The translations under genes and the position numbers were made by a program. A stretch of 63,810 nt of DNA, counting the filler, from Reticulomyxa filosa (Eukaryota; Protista; Foraminifera): NCBI GenBank assembly GCA_000512085.1. It is 19 parts of 19 records of this genome, joined end to end, with 100 filler letters (N's around TTAATTAATTAA, not from the genome) between each part and the next. Parts side by side here need not be neighbours in the genome. Positions count along the whole stretch, not along the records: positions 7,770 to 18,656 come from ASPP01000268.1; positions 18,757 to 21,255 come from ASPP01045457.1; positions 21,356 to 22,956 come from ASPP01039123.1; positions 23,057 to 24,214 come from ASPP01036022.1; positions 24,315 to 29,396 come from ASPP01043599.1; 14 more parts are not named here. One strand, written 5' to 3'. The notes below the pieces were generated by a model. It did no database searches, was not told the DNA's origin, and saw only the letters and a list, made by a program, of their open reading frames with translations. Within the stretch, counting starts at the first letter, position 1; the number at the start of each line of letters is the position of its first letter. This document shows, piece by piece, positions 13,517 through 27,735 of this stretch.

Positions 13517-15559
13517 TATTTTCTTCTTTATGACCTTTTTTAGAACACAAGGCGCGACCTGCGCTAAAAAACTGCAGCTCAGGTTAGCACATCACATACA
13601 ATTTTATTATAACTTACACGTGTAAACACAAGCTCAAGTAAACGGCGAATATTCCAACATTTTATCAATAAATAACAGGAAACATAAAAATATTGAAATT
13701 TTTCACAAAAAAAACAAAAATTATTTATCAATAACTTCATTCTGTTTTACTTCTTACAGTTAACACAAGCTGATTTAATTTTTTGATATTTTCTTTATGA
13801 AAATCAAACAGTTGCTTCGTTCTTTTCAGTTACACGATATCACATTCTCGCAATTCAAAACATATTAGTTGGAAGCCAAATTGAAATCTTAAAAAAATAA
13901 AAATTATGCAATTTACTGTACGAACAAATAAAAAAAAATTTATAATTTCAGTAAAAATCTGCAACACTAAAAATTGCAATGCTATTTATCTTACATGAAA
14001 ACGTATTATATATATTTGTTAATTAGTATGCCCCAAGATAATAAGTAGTCCTTCAGATCAACAAAATTTACACAGTAATTGAATGCTAATCTGAATAACT
14101 AAATTTTGTAATATATTTTTCAATTATTATTATTATTATGCAAGTGTGTCTGTATTACTTTCTACAGACTTTCTTTTTTTACTTAATTTTTGACTAATAC
14201 TTATTGAACTAGTTTGCTAATTCCCAATTTGCGAATTTTTACTTGCACAATCGCTGTTACTTTCATTTTCATCTTTATTTTCATTATAATACATTTTTGG
14301 ATAATGACATCAAAATCATTTAGTTTCAATTGTCCTAAACTTATATAATTTGCTTTTCAATGTCTTCAATTTGAAAAGATATTTTACAAAATATCAATTG
14401 GATAAAATTGTAAATATGGCAAATATGTTCAACCACTAATCAGTCAAAATCTTTGGCTGAGTCCAAATCTTTGTACAGTCATTAAATATACAATCTCTTT
14501 TTTGAGTATTATTAATTGTAAAATTCAACATATGTGAAGTAAAAACATTCATGCAGTTGAATATCTTAAGACAACAAGTACAAGTAAACAAAGTAACATT
14601 AGTCACTAAAGTAATCTTTTGGTCCAGTTAGCCAGTAGATCTAGCCATAGTATCAGCAGCCGACATCTTGAAATAAATGATTGAATGATTGTCGGTTTTT
14701 TATCAAACGGTGAGGTTTTAAACTTTGCTTCATGTCGCTTATGAAACTTTAGCTAAATTTTAAAAAATATTAATATTTTCATTTGTTATTTATCGTTTTT
14801 TGTATTTTGTTGAGCTTAATTTATGGGTTAGTTATGAAATATTAAATAAGTGTTTTAATTTTAAATGATTTGTTATATTTTTAGTAAGTTTTTTTATGCT
14901 CAATTATTAAGTTAATTATGTTTTTATAATTGCGAGTATTTTGCAAAGTAGAAATGTTTTTTTTATACAAATTAGCATTTTTTTTAAATTATTGTTATGT
15001 ATTTCGAGCTGATTATATTTAAAATAATTTTGGGCTGACAATGCGTTCAAATTATTTTTTGTATATATTCACAACTATTTTAACTGAACTTTTCAATGAC
15101 AATTCTAAATTGCGATATTTAACGTAAGGTATGATACTATTCTGAATGAAAATAAAAGCAAATAATATAATATACACATTTTTATTCTTTGTTAAACATT
15201 TTTTTTACCCTCTCGACGCGAGTTTTTCATTATATTGATATTTATTATTGCTTATAAAATGCTTTTTACTTCTGTAAAATAAATGTCAAATGATTTCCAC
15301 TTTATCTGGTCTTGTCTCTGTGTCAATTTGTACGTGTTCTTTTCATTCCACGTAAACGAAAGCAACGAATTTCCTTTTTTTACAGAAACAGGAAAAATAA
15401 CCCCAAAATTATGAAAATGTTTCAGCAAAACAAGATCATATGAAATGTCAACAAATCAAAGAGGTGCAAAACCAAAGAAACACAAAAGAACAAGCAAAAC
15501 AAAAAAGGGGAAAAAAAAATAGAAATTTACAATGGGACAAGGGAAATAAAATTGAAAAT

Positions 15560-17341
15560 TCACACTTGGTCATTTTTAGGGGGGCGTTTGTTTCCAAGGT
15601 TAGGATTTGAAGTAGAAGTTTTTTCTTTGGGCCTAATTCCAGTTACACTACTTAAATTAGGATTATCTTTGGGGTTATTTTCAGTAATATCAATGGGTTC
15701 TAAATATTGGAACCATTGATGAAAATGTATTTCATTGCTTTGGAATTCATTGATTTGTTCCCAAAGCATTTGCAAATGTGCTTCATGAAATCCAAATTCT
15801 TTGCCAATGTCTAAAAATTCTGTTCTTTCAATGCCCTCTTCCATAAATGAGGAATCCATTCTCATATCAGAAGCGCTCTTTTTAGCTGTTTCGCTAGCGG
15901 TCGCACTTTTGCTGCCTTTCTTTGCTGATTTTTTGGTAATGGGTTTGTCACTTTTTTCATCGTCCCGATCACTGCCATTTTCCTCTGTTTCTTCTTCATT
16001 CTCAGTTTCAGTTTTTTGTTCAAGTTTCGTGTCAGTATCTTCTTGAGAACTGGAAGATGAGGTTAATTGCGATTGTGATTGTTGTAGTTGTGATTGCGAT
16101 TGTAACTTTTCTTTTCTCTTCTCATGTTTTTTCATAAATATTTTGGCGATCATTACAAACGTGAAAAATCTGTCGTTTTCGCGTATCCAGCGTTGCGCGT
16201 TTTTTTTTTTTTTTTTTTGTCATCAGATGATATATATATATACCATATAACGAATTTTTTCCCTCCCTTTCCCCTTTTTATTTTTGCTGCGGCCTCATTT
16301 ATTGGAAGAAGGAGAAAAAAAAAATACCTTGATCTTTTTTCACCCATGCGTGAAAGTCATTCCAGCTAATTTGGTTATTTTCATCCTTGTCAGCCAAAAG
16401 CATCATGAAATGTCTCAAGTCCGATTCGCGAACTCCCATTTTAAATAGCAAGCGTTTGAAGTTTTTGCTACTCAATACCCCATCTTTGTCGTCATCATAA
16501 AAGTTAAATACTGATTTCATTACCACACTTGGGGTTCGCTCGTCCAAGTTCACACGGAAAAACTCTTCAAAGGAGTTTTGACTATCCATCGATGCCAATG
16601 AGTTGTTGCTTGCTTCAATCAGCTTTCTCATGTCCGGAATCGATGATGTTTGATGAAATATCATTGTCCCATCTGACGGAACCATTTGACTTGGGTCAAA
16701 GAAGAATTCATTTGGCTTTTCTTTTTTTTTTTTTTTTTTTTCATTGATCAACTTTTAAAGAAAAGATTTTTCTAAAAATTTCGAAAAAAAACAAACATTT
16801 TTTATACGTCTTTTTTTTTTTACCATTGCCGGAAAATGACCGTTGTGAATGCGATGCACTGCGACTTCGTGACGTAAACATGTGTGAATAGTATTCCTGG
16901 GCTCGCAACGCTTGAGCAAATCTTCTTATGTCATTGGCGTCAACCCCATCCCGGGTCATTTGGGACACCACTAACGTTATGTTTGGTTCATTCTCTTGAG
17001 CGTCGTATTCACCTGTTATTTTATGCAACTTGCGCCCGTCTTTATTCTTTCCGTTTTCGTCTGCTTCCAAAAGTGGAGACTCTGGTGGTCCTTTTTTCAA
17101 TTCTTTCTCTTTTTTCTTCTCATTTGCTTTTTCATTAGTTGTTTCACTTGATTTTTTCCTTATTCGCATTGCTCACTTCTTCTGGCACTGCTTTCAGATC
17201 GTTATAGTACTCTACATATTTTGAAAACTGTGGGGCGCTTAGTATCGCGTTATCCTCTCGATAAGATGGCTCATGTCTTGACTCTTCATCACTGCTGTTG
17301 CCTGAACCTGCCTTTCTCGGGGTTGTGCGATTAGTGGTCAT
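15560..17341 (-). CDS. EF-hand calcium-binding protein, multi-exon
   Basis: EF-hand pair FNFYDDDKDGVLSSKNF and ADKDENNQISWNDF; collinear ORF pieces separated by AT-rich introns. Confidence 0.7.
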
Positions 17342-17903
17342 TTTTTATGTATAGTTTGTTTTTTTTCCCTTAGGGCGTTGAAAACATCAAACTCACAACT
17401 AAAATTAAATTGTCTAGGATTATGACAATAGAATAAAAAATTTTTAGTATGCTAATCTATTGAAAATACTAGCAATTGTAATGGTAAGTTGCTTTTCTTT
17501 TCAGATTCGCAACAGTTTTTACTGCTGAGATAATGATAATCGAGTTTAAAGTTATCAAACTTTATCAGAGAGTACACGAATAAACAAAGAAAAACGCTCA
17601 AATATCAGATGAGTACAATCCTAACATGCATATATTTTGTCCAATGTTTTACTCTTAGAAAAGTGTTCATTTTAAAAGAATGTGGCAATTAATAGCAAAA
17701 ACAAAGCAAGACCGCCATAAAAAGATGAATGGTTTCATTCAAGATAATTTTAATTTGTTAGGGAAAATTATCATATTGCTGTCTAAGTGACAAAAACCGT
17801 GGACAGTTCAAGCAATTTCTGTATTTTTTTTTTTTAAAAAATAAATTATGGCGCAACCAGAGATTAACCAACACCTGAGCAACAGCAGCATAGGAGGCTT
17901 AAA

Positions 17904-18605
17904 TTGCAAGATAAAACTCATTCACCGCAGCAAAGTAGTGTAATAGCTTTCAGCGAGGCTGAGATCGAGCTTTTGACGGAGAATATTCAGCCGGACGAGG
18001 AGCAGGTGACATCAGTGGTGAGCAATGGCGGAAAAGAATTAAATGGGGAATCGAAAGAGCAAAAAACAGAAGAGGAAGTGAAAAAGGGAGAAGAAGAGCA
18101 AAAAAGAGAAGAGACAGAAGAACCACCATTGAAAAAAATGATGTCCGATATCCCATCACTGACATATTCAGTGCGACAAACCACAGAAGACTCGCAACTG
18201 ATCAAAGTGAGAAGTATGCATAGTATTGAGATCAGTATGACGGAGTCGGTAACAGCAACATCAGGCGCACTTCCTGTGTCTCTTCATCGAATGGACAGCA
18301 GCGAGATTCATACACAATTGCATGGAAATGTAGCCACCGATAAGAAAAACCAATTGGATTCCCCGGCTCAAAGTCGTGAGAATAGTCAAACCACGAGCCA
18401 TTTGTCGCTTGACTTTGCATTGCCCGAGGGCGAAATAGAGCAATTGGAAAACGACGACAATGACCACCACGACCCCAACGCCAAACACAATAAGAAGAAC
18501 TACATTTCGATGCGAGACTTGATCATTGAAATGGCGAGCGACGTGGGCAAAGAGATCCGAAGGGCCATTGTTTTTTGTCACAAGCAATTCACCACTTCTG
18601 AGTAA
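17904..18605 (+). CDS. Hypothetical acidic protein, partial
   Basis: 233-aa ORF with coding-like composition; true start and remaining exons unclear. Confidence 0.5.
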   Translation: MQDKTHSPQQSSVIAFSEAEIELLTENIQPDEEQVTSVVSNGGKELNGESKEQKTEEEVKKGEEEQKREETEEPPLKKMMSDIPSLTYSVRQTTEDSQLIKVRSMHSIEISMTESVTATSGALPVSLHRMDSSEIHTQLHGNVATDKKNQLDSPAQSRENSQTTSHLSLDFALPEGEIEQLENDDNDHHDPNAKHNKKNYISMRDLIIEMASDVGKEIRRAIVFCHKQFTTSE

Positions 18606-18756
18606 CCCAAAACTGCTACTACTATACTTTATATACACACCCAATCAGAACATTATNNNNNNNNNNNNNNNNNNNNNNNNNNNNNNNNNNNNNNNNNNNN
18701 TTAATTAATTAANNNNNNNNNNNNNNNNNNNNNNNNNNNNNNNNNNNNNNNNNNNN

Positions 18757-21193
18757 AAAAAAAAGTGGAATATGCCCCTGTGGACGCAAAAATAATTGGA
18801 GCGGAAATGAACCGAATCACGCTCGGTTGGAAATTGGAAGATGTGTCATTGACTTCAATTGAAGGATATTTGAAGAGATGTAAGACGAAAGGATTGCAAG
18901 CAGACACAACCAAGCTGTGGTGGTTTGAAGTCCGTGTCATAGATATCTCATCTTCAATGCAACAAAGACCTTCCACAGACATCAGAGAAATGGAGGAAAA
19001 AGTCGAGTCCAAAGCGGATCTAGAGCCTCTCTACTTCACGGTTGCGAATGACAAGAGACACATGGTGTTGAAAGACTTGAAAGAAAACAGCAAATATGAG
19101 ATTTCAGTGCGAACGTGTATCGACTGGCTCACCTCCAAAGATGTGAATAAGAAGATTAAAAAGGAGTCATCGTTCACATCTCCGTTGCACGAGAAAACAT
19201 ACAAAACCTTTGAGGATATGCTGGGGCTGTTGACGCGACCTCGTCGACCATTGTTCCCACAAGTGATCAACTTCGAGGCAACCAAGGTGCAACTGAAATG
19301 GTGGCCTGCCAAATTTTCCAAAAATGATTCGGAAGATATCACTTATCGCATTCGTGAGTACAATCATCATCAAGGAGTTGTCGTTGCCACAGTTAAAGAC
19401 ACTACCAAATGGACTTTTGATGGCTTGAAACCTCAATACGAATACTTTGTGACTATATCCGCAGTGAATCAACAAGAAGAGGAGACTAAGGAAAGCTGGC
19501 CTCTTGTGTTCAAAACATGCAAAGAACGCACATCCAAAGAACACACATTCGACCAGGCTGAGTTGACTCCGGCTTCACCGATCGACGTTCGACTGTTCCG
19601 TTTTAGTGAGGACAAGAAACATTCTCAATGGGTGTGCTGGGGTTCTCCTTATGAAGGTGTTGGTAAGATCGGCTATGAGATGCAGTTTAGCAGCAATTAC
19701 AAAGACGAAAACACAAAATTTGTCGAGTCTATTGCTAATCCACTTGTCCCTAGCTCGCAAAGCTATCTCTTCTTTGTACACACTCAATCCGAATTTGAAG
19801 GGATTGAATACACTTCCAGCGCAAGTGATACCCTCGAAGTCATCAGCGAAAACATAGTTCGAACAGAATCTCCATTCATGTATCACATTGTTTTGCTCAC
19901 GAGTAAAGAATTAAAAAATGGTGAATATTATATGCAGCCGATTATTGATGGTTAATCAAATTTTTTTTTTTTTCTTAACTTTCGTATTACACAAATGTCA
20001 ACACTTGTGTATTTGATTGGGTGCGCTTTATGTGTTATTGGATATGGGGGGGGGTGTGGAATCAGAAGCTCCCAATTTATTTGAAAAAATTGCAAGCGGT
20101 GCTAATGTGTATTGGTGTGTTTGGGATTCGAATCCATTCAAATCACAATCAAATAAATGGATAATGAAAATTAAAACATTTGAAAATGTAAAACGAAACA
20201 ATTATCAAATGACATGGATTTCAGACGAGCAATGGCGTATTGATCCAAATGTTCAAGTACTGATTGTTGATATTTCGGAAAAAAAACTTCTTGGTCGCCA
20301 CCAAGATGCTTATGGAGACTATCTCCTTGCAATTTTGGAATATTTGAGCTCGCGAATAAATGAGCCCATTCCTGTTGTAATTGCTCTTGAAGTATTGAAC
20401 CAATATTTTCAGCATTGCGAAAACAAAGGAGTCGACAAAAAAAAATTAATCAAAAAATTTGTGGATACTATTAAAACTGATTTGTCAACATTGATAAATG
20501 GAACTGAGGCCCCACCTTGGGAAGGAGTTTTGTCCATTATCTTTATCTTTGATTTTGTTGAATGCATTAACAAAACTAAATTATTGCAACCTCAATAAAA
20601 AAAAAATAAAAATAGGTACTCAATGGCCTGTTTGGATTTTGTGCACAACTCCTTTATGCACCAGATCATTCACTTCCTGAATCCTATTTTAAATTCTACA
20701 ACTTCCTTTGCGAGTCAAAAATGGACCCAACGGTACCACTTTACCACAAACATTGCAATTTTTTTTATTAATCTTAATTGTTAACAATGATTTTCATATC
20801 CGTGTGTGTGTGTGTGTGTGTGTGAAATAGATTATAGCAAAGAAAATGGCGGCAATGGCTGGAGTTAAATTGGAAATGATTCAATCCGCGCTGTGCAAAA
20901 AAGCCAGTGAAAGCGTAATGGGAGACGCGCGGTACCAACGGTTGTTGTGGTACAATCTGTTTGGTGCTGTTTCTCCACCTCTACGACAATTAGATCAAGC
21001 CCATCAAATCAGAAAATTACCAATCTCTTTAACTATCCCAAGAATTGATATTTTGTCTTGTGTTGAAAAAGAAATGAAATTCTTTGGAAAGTTATTCCGC
21101 CCACTTCCATCAGAGGAATTTTATTTTTTTCATTTGCTGCGACACAGTCATGTACGTGCAGAGCCGGTGATCGATTGGATGAAAGAGAGTTAA
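18757..21193 (+). CDS. Fibronectin type III domain protein (partial, multi-exon)
   Basis: FN3 hallmarks ITLGW...LKDLKENSKYEISVR and VQLKWWP...FDGLKPQYEYFVTISAVN; downstream exons at 20017-20598 and 20846-21193. Confidence 0.75.
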
Positions 21194-21355
21194 TTTCATT
21201 TTGAAAAATCTTTGAAAAAACAAATTGCACGTGAATTGTTGTTTACAAAAAAAAANNNNNNNNNNNNNNNNNNNNNNNNNNNNNNNNNNNNNNNNNNNNT
21301 TAATTAATTAANNNNNNNNNNNNNNNNNNNNNNNNNNNNNNNNNNNNNNNNNNNN

Positions 21356-22101
21356 TGGCGCCGAATGATTGTATGACGGAAAGTCGCAATTCGTCGGTGG
21401 TATTTAAGTGCAGTGACGACAACAGTGGTGTTAGTCGGCTGACATTTTCGACGCCAAGTTTTGTTGTCTTTTTTTTTTGTTTTGATGAAAATAAAATGCA
21501 AAAATTTATTTAAAAAAAAAATAAACAAGATTGCACGGGACCAAATACCTCGTATCCGCATCAAGACTACTTCAATTGTGCATGGAAAAAGTCGTGCTTT
21601 TCAGAGTATGTAACGTATGAAAATCCTCAAGCCAATGATTCTATGTGCTCGCAGTCAACCAACACACCCATCTCACGCTGGGTTTATGCGACCACGTGTG
21701 TCACTGACTTGTCCGGCTCTGTCAAAGCCACTTGCAAAGATAATATCCTCTCACTTGACGAGTTGTGCAAAAAAAAAAAAACAATTCGATTTGTTTTCTC
21801 CATCCTTTTGTCCACATAAAAATATACGTATATACGTCTATATGTATGTTACACTGTGTGCTTGTCAACTATTATTTACACTGAATTGCGCTGCCCTTCG
21901 TCCGCTTCTGCCAGTTCTTCCATCCAACTCTCCAGCGGGTGCAAATATGTCTCCCATCTTGACGGGTATTACAAGTTCGATGTCATTTGTCCAGTTAGTG
22001 ATGATGGTGGTAATAACAACGTTTCTTCTGTTTCACACGTCGCACACTGCGCTTGGCTTCAGGCTCTGCTTGCTGTCCTTGTCGTATTTTCGTTATTTTG
22101 A
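21356..22101 (+). CDS. Cys-rich putative surface (GPI-anchored or tail-anchored) protein, 3' part
   Basis: Spliced reading APNDCMTESRNSSVVFKCSDD...CTGPNTSYPHQDYFNCAWKKSC...ELRCPSS...; ends in a Ser-rich linker and the hydrophobic tail WLQALLAVLVVFSLF*. Confidence 0.45.
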
Positions 22102-23056
22102 TACTGCTTTACACAGTTGCTTCTGCTTCTACATAATATTTTTAAACTTTTTTTTTAGATAAAATCAATGCCGCTTTTTGGCAAACAAAACTATGCCAAG
22201 GGCGTAGCACTTTTTTGTAATTTTGTGGGTCATTAAGTGGCTCAATTAAAACGATTATATTATTGATAAAGAGGCTATCTTTTGAACAAATAAAAAATAT
22301 TCCACTGATTTGAGTGGTATTAAACAAGCAATATAAAGAAAAAATGTTCAAAAGGAGCAGTCATTAATTTATTCTTTTTCTATATTTTCTTCTTAAAAAA
22401 AAAAGGTAATTCAAAAATGAATTTCAAATTATACGAATTTGCAAAATATATAAGTAAAATTAGCGTTTCTCTTTGTCGTAAAAACGAACCAGTTACATCG
22501 TTGGAAAGCATAAAGAAATGAGCATCTTCTAGTGCTAATTTCTTTTCATTAGAGGTTTTTTTTTGCCTGCAGACAACAGCAATTCTTGTACTCGTATACC
22601 TTTTGGTAGCATCAAGCAGTATACAAGCAGATAAGCGCCAGCATGCCAACTAAAACTCAAAAGATGACTTGCTCAAATGTCTGGTTCAAAGAGCAATGGA
22701 TCAAATGGGCCATTACATTGATGTTTATTACATCTTGGCTGTTATTCTTACTTTGAAACTGGATACTATCGCTACTACATTAACAATGATGTTAATAACT
22801 GTCAAGTTAATTTTGGAAGAGATCTTTTTGAAATTATGGCTTTTACGCTTTGCAAAACTCAAAATACCATCACTCAAATACAGTAAGATAAAAAAGAAAG
22901 TTGACACCTAAAATGCCACCTTGTAGAGATTATTGTGTTTCTCCATGAAAAAACAANNNNNNNNNNNNNNNNNNNNNNNNNNNNNNNNNNNNNNNNNNNN
23001 TTAATTAATTAANNNNNNNNNNNNNNNNNNNNNNNNNNNNNNNNNNNNNNNNNNNN

Positions 23057-24214
23057 GTGTTTTACCATATCCTCCTTTACGCCAGCAGCGCTTCTTCTAC
23101 CTTAAAGGCAGGTGCTGATCCATGAAGGCTACTTATTTCCATTGAAATTTCACAACAATTGCAGCTATCAGTCCATTTTTCAAAGTCGTCCTTGCCATTA
23201 TTTTCATCCATTTTGAACATGTCGTCCATATTCTATTTTTTGCTCCACATTGTACGATCTATCAAATTTTTTTTTGTTTGTTGTTATAAAAAAAAAAAGT
23301 ATTAAAAAAAAAAAGAACATAACATTGAAGTATTGAACAACATTTGAAAAACATTGCTCGCTGATAGAACCATGACTTGCGAATAGCGAATTGTTGGTGG
23401 ATGACAAAGTTGATGGCCTTTGCGACAATATCTTGGACTTGTGTGTTTGTCTTGTGTAAATTTGGAATCTTAATTTTTTTTTTATTATCATGAAACATTT
23501 GAAATGCAGAATTGCAGCTGATAACCAATTCGGCATTCGCGCTGACGTGGTACTGGAGCAATTGGTCACAAACAATTCGTTAAATGCTCTATTCGTTAAC
23601 GCATGTCCAACCCATCTGCACACTACATTCGACAGTAATGTGCTTGTCATCACGATTACAACTGCACTTGTAAATACACTATGTTTTTGTTTGTTAAAAA
23701 GTCTATTTTAAATCAAGGCTATCATATATATACAATCTATCCTCCCCCTTACTATTTATTGCTACACGTATACCTCCTTTTTTTTTTCATGATCATTTTT
23801 TTTTTATTAGATCTTTATGTCACTGTTATATACCTATGTGCTAATGAGTATAATTTTGATGGTATTCCCAAAGTATGTGTGGAAATATTTATTGTTGATA
23901 TTTTTATACACATATTCTCATTGGACTGCATTTGATTGATTATTGATATGCTTCTGAGAACACGTACACTTTTGTGCACCGATACATTATTGAAAATTTG
24001 CAATGACAATATTCTTACGTTGTTATGGTTCAGTGGATATTGCACACATATGCACATTTGACTGATAGAGTTGGCTAACATATTCCATGATATAATTGAT
24101 ACATATATATCGTTTTGATTATTTAAATATTTTTTGCTGTCCTTGTTTGAGTTGTCTTTGGCCACGTCATTTGCACTTGTTACCACGTGAAACGCGTTTA
24201 ATACGTGCAGTACC
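23057..24214 (-). pseudogene. Possible EEP-family (CCR4/nocturnin-like) gene fragment
   Basis: VSIISWNMLAN resembles the first EEP motif; downstream frames do not give a clean continuation. Confidence 0.2.
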
Positions 24215-24379
24215 NNNNNNNNNNNNNNNNNNNNNNNNNNNNNNNNNNNNNNNNNNNNTTAATTAATTAANNNNNNNNNNNNNNNNNNNNNNNNNNNNNN
24301 NNNNNNNNNNNNNNAAAATGAACAAAAAAAACAAAAAAACAAAAACAAAAAAAAAAAACAACCCAAAAATTATTGGAGT

Positions 24380-25099
24380 ATGTTATCATTCATTCAAAGC
24401 TCAAATTTGAAAAATGGAATTGATTTTTTATTGGTCACTGAACATGAACAAACAATCCAATTAAAAAATAAAAAATGGAATAATTATAAATTTGGAATAT
24501 TTTTACTTGGAGAAAATATCACTTTAACTCTTGGTTGTAATAGGAAATATGAAGAAGAAGAACTTGGACATCTAAAAATCAAAACAAGTCATTTGTGGAT
24601 TAAACATTCTTCATCCAAAATTGATTGCTCAGAATTGGGATATTCAATGAATCAAGGTCCTGGAAAGGGTAACTCTGAAGGTTTTGGGGGTGGTGGATAT
24701 GGAACAAAAGGAGAAGGAAATGATGGACAAGGTGGAGAAATATATGGAGAAGAGACTTTGTTGAAACAAATTCATTTTGGAAGTGGAGGTACATTTGGAG
24801 TAGGGGGAAGTGGTGGTGGAATAATTCAACTGATAATTGAACAACAATTGCTCAATGATGGATCGATTCAATCCAATGGAGGGAATGGAACTTGTGGTGG
24901 TGGTGGAAGTGGAGGATCAATATTGATTGAATTACAATGTCAATCTCAATTCAAACAAAATTTTGGAACTATCAAATGTATTGGAGGAAATGGAGGGTAT
25001 AAAGGTGGAGACGGAAGAATTGCAATTTATGGTATTGAATTATCATCAAAGCGTATGTTAAAAATGGATCCAAAACCATTTAATAGGCTCCGCAAATAA
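24380..25099 (+). CDS. Glycine-rich repeat protein of a lineage-expanded family (3' part)
   Basis: GGGGYG...GEIYGEETLLKQIHFGSGG...GGGIIQL...GGGSGGSILI...GGDGRIAIY periodic Gly/beta pattern. Confidence 0.75.
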   Translation: MLSFIQSSNLKNGIDFLLVTEHEQTIQLKNKKWNNYKFGIFLLGENITLTLGCNRKYEEEELGHLKIKTSHLWIKHSSSKIDCSELGYSMNQGPGKGNSEGFGGGGYGTKGEGNDGQGGEIYGEETLLKQIHFGSGGTFGVGGSGGGIIQLIIEQQLLNDGSIQSNGGNGTCGGGGSGGSILIELQCQSQFKQNFGTIKCIGGNGGYKGGDGRIAIYGIELSSKRMLKMDPKPFNRLRK

Positions 25100-26094
25100 T
25101 TTCATTTTATTTTTTTATTTTCAAATTTTTTGAATTGAAATGATTTTTATTTTTACCAATTTCAAATTATTTTTTAATTTGGAAGTTTAAGTTTTTTGAA
25201 ATGCAATCAATCCACTTTCAGTGTTGACTTTAATACAAATTATTTCTTCTATCACAAAAAAAATCACATTTGCTCATAAAAGTGAAAAATACTTTACGTA
25301 ACTATTTAAAAAATTATTATTTTTTTAAGGACATTTTAGAATTAAATGACTTTTATTATATTAATTATTAATATGTTGTTGTGTTACGTTTTTGAGACTT
25401 TTCAGGTCTAAATTTAGCAAGTGGACATGCATCTATAACTTTGTTAAGGTTTTGATACAACATTTACAGTTTTATATACCACCATTGCAAGTTCTCTTTC
25501 AACGATACGTTTTAGTTTTTGTTCTTTTCTATTTTGAACTACACCCTTTTTGTAGCTTGTCTTTTTTCTAACAAACTGTGTTTCTCGCGGCCTCAGTATC
25601 AAGTACTAATAGAATTATCCTTCAAGCTTAGAATTTTTTTCTTAGCACTGCAATTAAATCATTTGAAAAAGCTAAATTTTAAAATGACAACAAAAAAACG
25701 AATTAAACACATACAAGATTTGTAGATATTTTTTAAGATGAAAAAAAAATACTTCTATTGCATATATGTACATACATATAAAAGAAAACAGCACAGTGTT
25801 ATGCAAATAAAGGTACTCTATTTACAATTAAGTGTAATTTTTTGTAGAAGTACATAGTAGAGTGTAAGGAGGTTGAGAATTGCCAATGTGATAAAAAGTT
25901 GTATGCAAATAGTAGTAATAACAAGTAAAAAAAAAAAAAAAAAGGATCAGGGAACCCCCCTTTTGTTATGATAAAGTGTAAGCAAAAGCAAGAGATGCAC
26001 ACCATTGCTGAGAGAAACTGTAAAAACAACAAAACAAACAGACAACCAAAAAAAACTCAGCCCCTCTCCCCTCCTTCAAAAAAAAAGTAAAGAG

Positions 26095-26488
26095 TTAGGA
26101 CGTAAACAAGTAAAAGAAGATGGACGCAAATGGAAAAGAGATAGTGAAAAAACAAGAAAAGAAGAGGAGTAGCAAAAGCGCAAGGAAGAGGAGAAAGGAG
26201 AGACGAAAGTGAGAAAAGAAGAGTATGAGAAAGGAGGAGAGTCCATAAGCGATCCAGAAATATAAAAGGAGGAGAGCAAAGAAGACCTTGAAAGAAGAGG
26301 ACGAAAACAGAGAACGCAGATTGGAAACCACGCGACGCGAGTGGTGCAAGTGCGTGTGAAATTTGTATCGCGACTTGAACTTGGAGAGAATTATCAACGT
26401 GTAAGGAAATAAAGGCAAGATTGAAAATAATATTATTATCACAAAAAAAAAGGAGCAAGATTGAACACAATTGGTACAATTCATGTTC

Positions 26489-26547
<59 letters not shown>

Positions 26548-26990
26548 GTCACTCTTTAAAAATAAGTAAAACAAATGGACGATAAGAAAAAGCTTAGGCA
26601 CATTGAAGGTAAGCAAGATGAAGAAGACTTGAGACGTGGTGAGAGTGCGGTCGACGTAGTAGGCGAAGAAGCAGGGGAAGAAGTGTATTATTTCGACGGA
26701 CAGAATAGGGATACAGATGACGGACCAGATGAAGACGATGAAAGCCTTGTCTTTCGCAGACAGGATGAGTCCTTTGCGGTGCATGTACGTGTGCACGTGC
26801 GTGGCCGACACAAAGTTGTGACAAGGCACCACGATCAGTACGAACAGCGACATGGCCAGCTGCAGGCCGTTGTAAATGCTGATGCCACTGTAGTTTTGTG
26901 CACGTTCGAGCATGTACGAAAGATTGATCAAATACAGCGGATACGTCATGAATCCAGTTAGCAATATCGAAATGATATTATCATAAGACA

Positions 26991-27028
<38 letters not shown>

Positions 27029-27735
27029 AATGATAATGGTGATGACCAGGGTATGTTATCCTTCTGTTTTATTGATTGTTGTGGTTGCTGTTGCTGTGTC
27101 AATAATAGATAATACAATACATTCACAATTGGTATTTTGTATAGCCAATACTTAAGCTTGACTTTATTATTATGGCTTGGAAGCGTACTCCAACAAATGC
27201 CAATCGATGTCAACACCAACGGCCCGGCAATGAACCCTAATGCAATCCCAAAGAAAAACATGTCGTTATGTCTATACACGTGCACAATCAATAGCATGTC
27301 CAACACTAATGCGATTATCATCGAGTACTTTATCATTACCGTCCATGTCGTCTTCAACACCTCTTTCATCTTCACTCCACTTTTATTGCTTTTCCTTTTC
27401 ATTTTTATTATGTCTCGTGTTTTCACATATACCTCTTCTTCTTCTTCTTCTTCTTCTTCTTCATTTTCTAATACTTCGTACAATAAGTGCGCTTTCCAAT
27501 ACACCTCCTCTGTACTCTCTTCAACGTATACGTTTCTATCAATCCGCTCCAATGTGTATGGTATACGTCCCTCATTGTCATCGTCATCATTTTCATTGTC
27601 ATTGTCATTGTCGTCCTCGTTTATATGCTTTTGCATCGTGTATACTTTTACCCCTTTCAAACAATCCAAATTACTACCCCATATGTTCCTATATTCTCGC
27701 ATTTCTCTTGCATCCTTTTCTTCTACATTTCGCAT
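26095..27735 (-). CDS. Multi-pass membrane protein, possibly XK-related
   Basis: 546-aa intronless ORF with many hydrophobic segments after an acidic N-terminus; weak XK-like motifs. Confidence 0.6.
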
